Shown here: positions 1 to 11,729 of the stretch, piece by piece | Position numbering within the stretch: the stretch's first letter is position 1 | How the letters are laid out: every line of letters begins with the position of its first letter | Source of the DNA: Azolla caroliniana | Taxonomy: Eukaryota > Plantae > Polypodiophyta | NCBI GenBank assembly: GCA_043228905.1 | Contig: JBHGNT010000013.1 | Location: 3,596,001 to 3,660,000 of the forward strand | Direction of reading: 5' to 3' | Length of the DNA stretch: 64,000 nucleotides | Program-made: the position numbers and the translations under genes | The notes under the pieces: generated by a model | The model's input: the letters and a program-made list of their open reading frames with translations, nothing else | Told to the model about the DNA's origin: nothing | The model's database searches: none

Positions 1-642
1 GATGGTTCGGGTGGAAAGAATGCATGTGCTCAAAATGGAGGACAAAGGCCACGCATGTGAGGCGCAAGAAAGAAAGAAATCAAAGGCCAATCACTCTTTT
101 CTTCTTGGCACATGCTGGAGGATGTGCGGTTTGGTGGGGGTGGATGTCGTGATGTTGCGTGTCCAATGGGAGAAATTGTGAAATAATGTAGTTCCACACA
201 CATTACACAAACAATTATAAATATGAAAATTATCCTAGGGCCTAGTGGCATTCGAGTGCATATAGAGGGGTGCAAGCAAGATTTGAACCTTGCACCTCCA
301 AGATGGGAGACATTTATCTTACTATTAGGGCTACTACCAAGTACTTTAAATGTTATGTATTTCTTTACATATTCAAAAGACATAGGAAAACAACCGCACA
401 AAACCGTGTGCCCAAAAACCATGGATCCAAGCCCATGGTTTTGTGCATGATAAAAGCATGGATAGACCTATAAAAACCCTCGTAAGGCTTGTGTAAGGGT
501 GGGGGGGGGGGGGGGTCAATTTGAAGATCATCATTATCATCACCATCATCATCAATAATAATATAATACTCTTCTTATTCTTCATCTTGACATCTATCTT
601 CTTCTCAAGTATAAAAAATTTTCGGTTTTCTCAAGTGTGACA
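1..642 (+). mobile_element. 3' end (internal tail, PPT, LTR from 145) of an LTR element related to T and J
   Basis: 106-150 (TTGGCACATGCTGGAGGATGTG..TTTGGTGGG..TGGA|TGTCGTG) matches 49127-49173. TATA at ~469. The LTR end GTGTGACA at 642 is tentative. Confidence 0.6.
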
Positions 643-926
643 TTAGTTTCCTCAACTCCTACATACACATTGTCATCTTTTCGACAATTTCGCGAACATC
701 CTCCTCGGTCCGAGACCCCGGTGGTCCCGCTCAAGTGAAGCACACACGCACGTGCATCTTCGCAACAACATCCGCGCGAGTACAACAAAAACTTAACCTC
801 CTAGAACCATCATCACATACGCACCGTCGAGAACATGAGCCCAGCCCCGCACCGCATTTTAGCACAACATGCAACAACCCAAACAATTCAAGAGCACACA
901 TGCGAAGACCCCCAACACCGTTGCGT

Positions 927-2760
927 ATGAACATGGCCTCTACACCCGACCCAACCACCTCAGCACTTCCTAATGCTGAACTCACATTGGCATTACAATC
1001 CATCCAAACCCTCGTGGCATTGATGGAAAAAGAACGAGCACCTGCGGAAAATTCAAGTTACCCCACAAACGACAGCAGGAAGAGTGCCACCATTCTAAGC
1101 TAGTACCTCGTTTCCTCGGTTTGGGTGACGCTTATGACAACGTAGAGAGGTTCAAACAAATATGTTGATCTTATGAACCCCTCACCAAGATCACCAAAGT
1201 AGCCGCATTTCGGCTTACGCTCGACGACCATGTCGGAATTTGGTTTGGGACTTTAAATGAAGACATCGTCGCAGACTTCGAGTATGTCATTGAAGATTTT
1301 TTAATCAACTTCGCTCGTAGAGGGAATAAATGGAATCCAGTCGACCAACTTTTGGCCCTCACGCAAGAGGCGAATGAGATGGTTAGGGATTATATCCGCT
1401 GCACGAAAAGCCTTCACCATCGGTGTAGCTCGAGTGATAAAATGTCAAATGAGAAATTGTTGAGCCGTTTCATTAATGGGTTGTTTGACCCCACACTCCA
1501 AAATTTCCTCATCGCCCGGATGTGCCGGTCATTCGTGGAAGCTTGCACCATAGTGATGACTTTCGAAGATTCAATGAGTGGGTTGCGGATACCCACAAAA
1601 GCACCTACAAACAACCGTGAGAAGACCTCGGAACCTGCTCCACCCACACCACTGAGACCACCCTACATGGAAAGACCCCATCCATATGCCTAAAGAGAAA
1701 ACGTAAGGTGCGTCGTGTGCCATGGCCATCACACTAGGCATGAGTTCCCTCTCCTCCACCAACGACGACCTCAATACTGTAAGTGGTGCAAAGCCTTCAT
1801 GATGCATTCTCAAGAGAACTGTTGGCAAGCCCCAAATGGAAGATATGGCCAAACACCAGTGGTTGAACACCCATGATTACCCCCACCACTTAGCCACCCA
1901 CAACTACCCGCAATACTTCCCCAAGAATCCCCACTACCTCGCGTTGGAGCCTGCCTTGCCGAACTAGAATACGCCTTAGATAACCAAGCCTAGGTTGGGG
2001 AGGGCACCTAAGAATATGAAGTCCCATACTGGGAGTATGCCGGTGAAGAAGAAGTGCTTTCTCACTTTATGGACTTCGAAGGCGACCAAATACCAGTCTA
2101 CATCTTACGAGGAGAACAGAGGGGCCCACCGATGGGATTTCGACAAAACAATAGTTTACGAAGGCTAGAATTGAAATGTTTCAATGGCCAAGGGCCACAC
2201 ATGGTAAGCGAGTGCCCAACTAAACATGAATACTATGACCGGATGGCACAACGACCACGACACACCCCACCGGAAGCACCCCCAAAACCACTGATACAAA
2301 TTCTCAACCAACAGTCACAAGACCTCATCGAGTGGTTCCAACATGAAGCATCATGCCTAGGGTGTGGTAAAGAACACTTGGTACTTGACTGCCCAGAGAA
2401 AAAGAAATGGATTAGCACCAACCTATTATCCATAGTACCATCAACGATTGGTGCCAACGTCATCACACGAGCCCAAAGAGTAGCTCATATCTTGAAGTAT
2501 CATGACCAAGGCCTTCCTACGAGCACACGGAAGAGGTGAAAATCTAAAAAGACCGCATCCACGAAAAACTCCAAGCAAGATCAAGAATCTCAAGGAGACG
2601 TAGACGTGATACCTATCAACCCTAACAAGGACTTACCCGCACACCTAGCAACGTACCCAAACCCAGTAGCCGAAAAACAAAAGGTCGAAGAATACATCAA
2701 ACTCGTACACCATGAACAGATCGAAGGGTCGCTTAGCCTCCCAAGTATAAACTTTGAGTA
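927..2760 (+). pseudogene. gag: Element A gag (disrupted), with several Cys/His knuckles
   Basis: Gag-like LTQEANEMVRDY..RFINGL; knuckles CKWC..H..C, CFNG..H..C and CLGCGKEHLVLDC; in-frame stops. Confidence 0.7.
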
Positions 2761-2867
2761 GCTAGAAGACTAGGTAAACCCGCCACCTCGATACGCTGAC
2801 ACCAACCAACACCTCCATCTCTTAATCTACTCTGATTCACGAAGTCAACACAGTCCTGCTCTAACAA

Positions 2868-3560
2868 ATGTTAAATCTAAAGTTCCGCCTAACATTACGT
2901 GAAGTACAAAGCTACATCGACACCTTCGTGATCGACAATCACCAGCTACAACCTCTACTCGCTAAAGAAGTCAAATTCACACTGGAAGAGCTACTCAAAC
3001 TCAACATTCAGCCATGGCATGATGTCCTCCGCCGTTTGAATGGAGGCTTGTCTGCAGGTTATGGGAAGAAGGTACACACCCACATCCCTCATACAACCAC
3101 ATTCCCCAACCAACCCAAAGAAATGCCGATAGATATCTGTGGAGCTCATTTCGAGAGTGACAACGCTAGTTTCACTCTCCCCGTGTGCGTTAATGGCACG
3201 ACTTGTGACGCGATTATTGACACCGGAGCAGGGGTAAGCATAGTTAGCTATGAATGTTGGTGCAATTGGGGCAACCCAAAAATGCTTCCTTCATATGTCA
3301 AGCTCCAAATGGCGGATGGTTCCATCCAATGGCCAGAAGGCATGATCCCGGCTCACAACTTCACTATCCATGAGGTCGACTTCAATCTTACTTTTGTTGT
3401 CACAAGATCATCTAATCAAGTGGCTTACGAGTGTTTACTAGGACAACCATTCCTAAGAGTAAGCCGCCTCGTGATGGACTTCGGGAACGTCACAATTTAC
3501 ATGTGGAAAAACAACAAAACATTTCGCATCAAGGCGAAAAGTCCACGAACAAGAAGGTAG
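2868..3560 (+). pseudogene. Element A aspartic protease (canonical position)
   Basis: AIIDTGAGVS and CLLGQPFL retropepsin motifs. Confidence 0.85.
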
Positions 3561-5234
3561 TCCCCTTGTCGACGACTGGTTAGAGACCACAGAGTTCGAG
3601 ACCAACCTCCTCGATTGCCACACCACAAGGGCAATCCAGATCTTGACCAGACGCCAACCCCTACCCCAAAGGCATACTACTCCCAAGGCAAAGAATGTGA
3701 GAGAAGACACATCCGTAGCCTCTGATTCGTCACAAATGAATTGGGTACACATCCTCGCCACGATCGATGCCATGTACCCCATCAGTACAAAGTGTTGTGA
3801 TGAAGACGGGGACACAATTTCGTGTTTCAATTTCACCATCCTCGCTCCAAAACAGAGACAAACCAATACAAAAGACAAATGCCAAGTGATGTAGACGACA
3901 CGAAGAGAAGAAAATTTGCCCAACGAGAAGACCCCTGAAGAAGTTGACTTCCCCGAGAAATTCAAAGTCTACGAACAAGGGAATGGAGTGGTGGCTTGTA
4001 AACGACCACAACGCACACCTAACACCTTAGGAGAAGCATGCGATGGTCCAGCTAGAGTTAAAGAAGTCAACCTAAGAAATGGACTGAACTCCAAACCGTT
4101 CATAGTTGTCATGATAACACTCACATCATGCATCGAAAGGATCATGACACTCACATTATTCGTCGAAAGCATTTGAACCCACGACCTTGTTGTACACATG
4201 TCAAAACCTTAACCATTGTATTAATATTCTTGTATGTATAGTTTTTAGAATATGAAATCTAATATCATAGGAATATTCTATATTACTCTACATTCTAGAA
4301 TGACCTAGAATATTCTAGAGTGTTCTATACACTAGAACCTTCTCGAATAATCTAGAGATTTTCTAGATTACTCTAGAGTGTTCTCTATTACTTATAAATT
4401 GGGATCTACCACTCATCCCAAACCTAAATTGGTGAGAAAACCCTAACAAGTTCTATTTTTCCTTCTCCTCTCCCCTCGTAAGCTATGCAGTCCATGAGAA
4501 AACAAGAATACATGCGTGTTCTTTCTGAGCTCGACATGCTCACGAATAAAATTTTGGCATTAGAGCATGAGAATCAAAGGCTACTTGGGGACCTACAACA
4601 AGTGAGCACCGAAAAAGCTCAATAGCATGAAGAGTTATCACAGTGGGTTCATCAACTCGAGGCGACTATATTGTCATTACGAGAACAAGTGTCGGGGGCT
4701 CAGAACTCCCCTAGAGAACTATTGAGAGACAAGCTCAACATCAGCCGGATCGGTTGAAGAAGCCGAGGACCCGATCGGTTAGGCCAAATGCGTAAACCGG
4801 TACGTAGACCGGTGCGTAGGTAGGGCCGGATCGGTGCGTAAACCGGGAGGCCGTTAGGAAAGATATTCCGTGAGGAATATATTTGGGAGTTAGTGTAGGA
4901 GCTCTTAATGAGCATTGAAGTACTGTCAGTACTTTTGTCAGTCCTTCTAGGACTTGTATAAAAGTGTTCATTGAACACACATATGTATAGAGTGTGGTGA
5001 ATAGAGATTGAGTATTTTTTTGAATATAGTTCTTGTGTTTTCTCACTCTCACTCTCTCTGTCTCTCCCGCGTATACTGCGTAAGCTCAAGCTCTCCATTA
5101 AACCTGAAATTTTCTTCCTTCTGTTCGGTCTTCATACTTTCTTCCGCACACTACTTTTTACATGGTATTAGAGCACGAGGGTTGAGAACCTCTTTGCAAC
5201 CGACACAGCTTGACGAAGAAGAACAAGAAAAACT

Positions 5235-5580
5235 ATGGATAGAGGCATGGCGAGCTCGCTTCCAACAGAGAAGCTCGACAAAACCAACTACGCGTCTTGG
5301 TCATACAAGATGCACCAGTACCTGCTCGAGCACGACTACAGGAGTTATGTCGAAGGAGCTAATGACGCGGCACCCGAATCGACACACAGAGACTTCCCGT
5401 CGTGGGAGCAATTGGCGAGAAGGGTATTATACTGCTTCGCGTCGTGTGTGGGCGAACAACTATTGTGCTATGTTCGGGATGCAAAGACGCCGAAGGGTGC
5501 GTGGGAAAATCTGAAGAAGATTTTCGCCGCGAGCACCACAGCCAGGAAGCTTCAGCTCCGACAGGAGTTGAGCAACCTAC
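5235..5580 (+). pseudogene. gag: Element D gag N-terminus (cut by C)
   Basis: KLDKTNYASWSYKM..AWENLKKIF Copia gag motif. Confidence 0.85.
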
Positions 5581-5959
5581 TATCAGGAATAGTACTAAGC
5601 AGAGATGGAATTAGTACTAAAGAAGAGCAGTACTATTAGTACTAAGAGGACGGGACTGCGTAAGACTCCCGAGAGAGAGAGAGAGAGAGAGAGAGAGAAG
5701 CGAAAAGAGAGATAGCGAGGATGAGAGAGAGAGAGAGATGATGATAACAACCAATATATTATGTGAAGGATAAGTACAAAATGGCTAAGTGGCTTAAGAC
5801 TGGCGTTGAACCAATTTGGTTCAACATAATGCCTAGTGCCCTCTTTTATAGTGTTCTCAGATATAATCCTGAAGCTTCTAGAATGTTCCAGAGAGATCTG
5901 GAATATACATCAATTTTCTATGATAAAGTATAAGTGAAAATAATATCCTATGTATTACA

Positions 5960-6022
5960 ATTCATAGTCTAATGGTAAGAGTTGGACCCATGTAGCATAA
6001 GGTCATGGGTTCGAGTCTTGCC
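5960..6022 (+). promoter_or_regulatory. tRNA-derived A/B-box module at the U3 edge of the C LTR (also 6490-6545, 11678-11729 and, on the minus strand, 43478-43537)
   Basis: TAGTCTAATGGTAAGA and GGTTCGAGTC at tRNA-like spacing. Confidence 0.65.
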
Positions 6023-6569
6023 ATATCATGACACTATCTCCCCCTTAAAGACGACGAGTGGAACAAGTCAGCGCTAATTGCGGACCGGGTTTGTCCGGAT
6101 AATATCCCGGTTGATGTCAGGAATAGTACTAAATAGAGAAAGAATTAGTACTAGAGAAGAGAAGTACTATTAGTACTAAGAGGACGGGACTGCGTAAGAT
6201 TCTCGAGAGAGGAAGATAGAAGAGGAGAGAGAGAGAGATAACGAGAATGAGAGAGAGAGAAAGATGATGACAACAACTAATATATTATGTGAAAGATAAG
6301 TACAAGTGGCTAAAAGGCTTAAGACTGGCGTTGAACCAATTTGGTTCAAAACAATGCCTTGTGCCTCCCTTTATAGTGTTTTTAGGAATAATCCTGAAGC
6401 TTCTAGAATGTTTCAGAGAGATTTAGAATATACATCAATTTTCTATGATAAAGCATAAATGAAAATAATATCCTACGTATTACAATTCATAGTCTAATGG
6501 TAAGAGTTGGACCCATGTAGCATAAGGTCATGGGTTCGAGTCTTGCCATATCATGACACTATCTCCCCC

Positions 6570-9500
6570 TTAAAGACGACGAGTGGAACAAGTCAGCGCT
6601 AATTGCGGACCGGGTTTGTCCGGATACTTTCGGTAGAAATCAGCAAGAAGATCTTGTGCATTGGCAACATGCTCGACGGGTTCCCAAGTACTTTCACTCG
6701 GACTATAACCGAGCCAATCGACCAAGTAATAAAGTTTGTTGCGAATAAGTTTGGAATCGAGGATGGTAGCAACTTCATACTTCGGGCCGGCGTCCAACTC
6801 CAGCGGGGGCGGCGGTGGTGTCACACAATCGGGAATGGTGTTTGCTTTATAAGGTTCAAGAAGAGAACAATGGAAAACCGGATGTATCTGAAGCTGCGGA
6901 GGGAGATCAAGGCGGAATGTGACATCATTAATCTTACCCGTAATACGGAAGGGACCGAGTCGTCGATAATCCAACTTGTCGCACGGTCGAGTAGTCTTGA
7001 TGTGACGACGTAAGAGCCATACTCGATCTCCGATGGCAAATGAGGAGGGAATCCGATGACGATCCGCATAAGTCTTCTGTGTGTGTTGAGCATGACGAAG
7101 GTGAGTAGAGAGATCCATCTGGAACTTGCGTAGCCTCTCCAAATGATCCTCGGCACGAGGGTTGGTAGGTAGCTCCAGGGTGTCGATCACCGACCAGCAA
7201 GGATGGAAACCGGTATAAACGAAAAATGGGGAGACCCGAGTCGAGGAGTGAATAGCATTATTATACGCAAACTCCGCAAAGTGGAGAATCTCGGCCCAAT
7301 CGTCCTATTGATAACTCAGGAAACACTGGAGATATTGCTCCAGCGTTTGGTTTGTTCGTTCCGCCTGCCCGTCGGTCTCAGGATGGTAGCCGGAGGAGAG
7401 TTTGCAGGAGACCTTGAGCATCTTGAAGAGATGCTGCCAAATTTTGGAGACAAATTCCGGTCCTCGATCACTGATAATACTGTCTGGGAGGCCATGATGC
7501 CGAAATACCTCACGCATAACGAGAGCGGCGGTTTCCTCGCTAGTGATGGCTTTAGTACATGGCACAAAATGTGCCATCTTCGTATATCGATCGACGACGG
7601 TTAGGATAGCATCGAACCCCTTCGAGACCGGCAGATCTGTGGTAAGGGTTCCAACAAGCCATATGGATGGTGTCGTGGCATCTTTGCTCGGCAGCAAGCA
7701 TCACAGGTCCGAACGTAGTCGTCGACAAAACGGCGCATGTGGGGCCACCAAAAAGATCGCTGCACTAGCTCCAACATCTTAGTACTACCGAAATGTCCCG
7801 CTGTATGGGTGTCGTGACAATGTTGGACGATTTGAAGGCGACAGGAGCAATCGGGGACATATGCGCGCTTTTTAAAGAATAACAAACCATCATGATATTC
7901 GAATTGTCGGTAGTCAATACCTGGTTGTTGAGACCAAGAACAGGATGCCCGAGAAGTATCAATGTGCGCCAGGATGTCTTGAGCAAAACTATCCGTCTTC
8001 AAGGTTGCACATATGTCATCGGTAATCCGTGAATCCATCGGGGTGTGAAAAATCCGCGTCGTGTGCAATCGTCTTGGTCCCAAGATTACTTGCTTTTGAT
8101 TATCAAATGTTGCGTCACCAGGACGAGGTGCAAGATATGAACGCCGTGATAGTGCATCTGCTTTTCCTTGCTGCTTCCCCGGTCGATATGTGATTTTGAA
8201 GTCGAAACGCGTGAGGAATTGCGCCCACCGAGCTTGCCGTCGATTTAGTACGCGAGCGTTCTGAAAATAAGCAAGATTTTTATGATCGCTAAAGACAATG
8301 ACCTGATGTGGAGAGCCCTCTAAGAAATGCCGCCATTGTACAAATGAATCCACGATGGCTAATAACTCCTTGTCATGTATTTCGTAGTTGATTTCTGCGA
8401 CATCGAATTTGCGCGAATGGGAAGCCACCGGATGCAACTCTCCTTTATCTCCTTGTTGAGAAAGGATGCTACCAAGGGCGAAATTTGATGCGTCGGCCTC
8501 CATGATGAATGGTTTGCTTGTATCCACATGAGCTAGAATCGGTGCTGATGTAAAGGCTTTCTTAAGATGCCGAAAAGCCATATTTGCTTCTATGGACCAA
8601 AGAAATGATTGGCCCTTCTTCGTAAGTTGTGTGAGAGGTAAAATAATCTTCGAGTAATCCTGTATAAACTTACGGTAGAAGTTAGCAAAACCTAGAAAAC
8701 ATTGTACATCTCGTACCGACTGTGGAATTTGCCACTCTAGTACAGTTTGGATTTTAGCTGGATCCATGGCGATGCCCTTTGAGGAGATGACGTAGCCTAG
8801 AAATTCCACTTGCTTGCAGTCAAAGCTACATTTTTCTAGCTTGGCATAAAGACCATTCTCGCGGAGTCGCTTTAGTACTAATAGTACATGAGAATCGTGC
8901 TCTTCCTGGGTCTTCGAATAAATCAATAGATCATCCAGATAAATGATCAAACAGATATCCAAGAGGTCTCTGAATATATCATTTGCCATGTGTTGGAAGA
9001 CTGCGGGTGCATTGGTTAGGCCAAACGGCATAACAGTATACTCGAAATGCCCATACCGCGTGCGAAAGGCGGTCTTCCACTCATCTCCTGGTCGGATCCG
9101 CACGAGGTTATACGCTCCTCGTAGGTCGATTTTAGTAAAAAACTTGGCACGGTCATTAACTCGCTCTAAAAGACTTGATATAAGAGGAAGTGCATACCTA
9201 TTCCGGATGGTGACTTTATTCAATCCGTGGTAATCAACGACAAGACTAAGTGAGCCATCTTTCTTCTTGACAAAGAAGATGGGTGCACCGTCCGGAGATT
9301 TCGAATGGCGGATGAACCCGCTTGCCAAGTTCTCCTCTATGTAGGCTCGAAGGACTTCTAACTCGGTGGGTGACAAGTTGTAAATTGGTCCCCATGGTGG
9401 CTCGATTCCTGGTTGTAAATCGATGGGACAGTCATAGGGACGGTGATGAGGAAGGGTACCGGCTTTTACCTTGTCAAATACATCGGCATAAGGATGATAT

Positions 9501-10105
9501 TTTGCTGGAAGTTGTACTGAGGAGTCCTTCTTAATAGTGCTGGAAGGATGTACTAATATTGCAAATAGGAACATTGCCTCCTTGGGTCCTTCTTCGCGTA
9601 GTTGATGGAGTGAAATGGTCGAAACTTGGTGAGTTGATTCTTGGGGTGGTCGATATCGGACTTCTCTTGTTCTCCAATCTATGGCTGGATTATGTAATTC
9701 AAACCAAGGTAATCCTAGGACAATGGGATGCTCTGGACTACTAATTATATTAAATGATATTACACACACAAAACTACCTTGGACAACTTGAATGGGTTCT
9801 GATTCTTCTACAATATTCCCGGAAGCAATGGGACGACCATCAATGACTACTACAGATGCGGGACAAGGAAGTTTTCTTAAGGATATCTGAGAAGCTTGGG
9901 CAAAATTTCAATCCATGAAACAGGAATTAGCTCCGGAATCTAAAAGTGCTAGGACGGGTACTGGGGGAGTACTTTTAGTACTAACAATGACTTGGGCTAG
10001 GAACACATTGCTAACTTGCTTGGAAGGAATGGAACCACTAATGGGCTGTACAGATCTAGGGCTGTTGTCCAACCAAACGGCTCCTATTTTGGCTGGACTC
10101 AATCG
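6570..10105 (-). pseudogene. pol: Element C pol (PR-RT-RH-INT-chromodomain), frameshifted
   Basis: LLDSGANSCF; YLDDLLIYS; ADASNFALG; SDRGPEF; chromodomain YEVATILDS..YLVDWLGYSPSESTWEP. Confidence 0.92.
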
Positions 10106-11256
10106 TTTAACTCTTCATCTAATTGACTAAGGATTTCAAATTTATTTGAGATACTTGGGCTATTAGTACTATGAATACTATCAAACACTCTATTAGTACT
10201 ATTAATACTATTAGACACTCCTAAGGGAAGAATTGACTCGGGTTTAGTACAAGCTACAATTTGATTTACCTACCTTCTTGGCCTATGGGGACAATTGATT
10301 GCAATATGCCCTGGTCCACCGCAATAAAGACATAATCGATTTGCATGTCGTCGTTGCTTTTCTTCTTCCGATAACGGGTCGTGTCGACGCATGGTATCGA
10401 TCTCCATCGGTGTCGAAGTATTTGCTTGAGGTATGTCTCGTGCAAACGGTTTGGCCGCGACTGCGACGTAAGTGGGCTCCGGCCTAGCGCGTGGTATCTG
10501 TAATTGACGTTCCGAACGCCGTTCGAAAAGGTGGTTGTCAAATCGGACCGCTCGACTGATTGCCTCTGTAAGAGACTTTGGTTCTTCGAGGAAGGTTAGA
10601 AGTAGATCTTTGACATCATTTCGCAGGCCATAGCGAAACTGCTCCATTAGTGCTTGATCATCCCAGGGTATGTCGGAAGCGAGTAGGCGGAAATCCGCCG
10701 CGTAGGCAGAGGCTGGACGATCGCCTTGACGCAATCGCCGGATCTTGTTGATCGCCGTCCTGATGCTGTCGGTGTCTCCAAAGCAGGCTTTGAACTCACT
10801 AATAAAATCTTCAAAGTTATTAAGCAAGGGCGAATGTTTTTCTAGAAGCGGAGCGAACCATGCTAAGGCTGAGCCGCTAAGCAACGTGCCTATTAAGCTG
10901 ACTCGGGATGCATCAATGGGGTATCGGGAAGGATGCATTTGGAGGACTAATCGTACCTGATTAAGGAATCCCCTGAATTGCGATCGCGTTCCATCAAATT
11001 TCACAGGAAGTTCAATCTTCGGCTCTTTATGAAATCCTTGGGGACTTGATCCTTGTTGTTGCAATGCCGCTTCGAGTTGTTGCACCCATAACGCTAACTC
11101 CCCATGCTGTTGTTGCGTTTGTTGCTTTTCTAGAGCGATTTGTTGCAGATCCCCTATAAGCCGTTACTTTTCTTGTTCCAAGGCAACAAATTTTTCTTTT
11201 AAGCATTGTAGCTCGGAGAAAACGGATTGATATTCTTGGGCGCTAATAGTAGCCAT
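10100..11256 (-). pseudogene. gag: Element C gag with premature stops
   Basis: EPKIELPVKFDG..LRQGDRPASAY..CLYCGGPGHIAINC; ATG at 11256. Confidence 0.9.
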
Positions 11257-11729
11257 AGTATAGGGAAAAGGGTAGGAGGAGGCAAATTGGTTCAAACGGT
11301 CAGGAATAGTACTAAGTAGAGATAGAATTAGTACTAAAGAAGCGCAGTACTATTAGTACTAAGAGGACGGGATTGCGTAAGACTCCCGAGAGAGAGAAAG
11401 AGAGAGAGAAGCGAAAAGAGAGATAGCGAGGATAAGAGAGAGAGAGAGAGATGATGATAACAACCAATATATTATGTGAAGGATAAGTACAAAATGGCTA
11501 AGAGGCTTAAGACTGGCGTTGAACCAATTTGGTTCAACATAATGCCTAGTGCCCTCTTTTATAGTGTTCTCAGGAATAATCCTGAAGCTTCTAGAATGTT
11601 CCAGAGAGATCTGGAATATACATCAATTTTCTATGATAAAGCATAAATGAAAATAATATCCTACGTATTACAATTCATAGTCTAATGGTAAGAGCTCGAC
11701 CCATGTAGCATAAGGTCATGGGTTCGAGT

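Larger units (their letters stand above)
5581..11729 (-). mobile_element. Element C: Tcn1-like chromovirus with three LTR copies, inserted in D gag
   Basis: LTRs 5581-6033, 6115-6558 and 11298-11729 (last truncated); PPTs at 6034-6046 and 6559-6571; gag, PR, RT, RH, INT and chromodomain on the minus strand. Confidence 0.93.

Noticed and set aside
498-516. Poly-G run as a functional G-quadruplex
   Set aside because: A single homopolymer of uncertain length, not seen in related LTRs.
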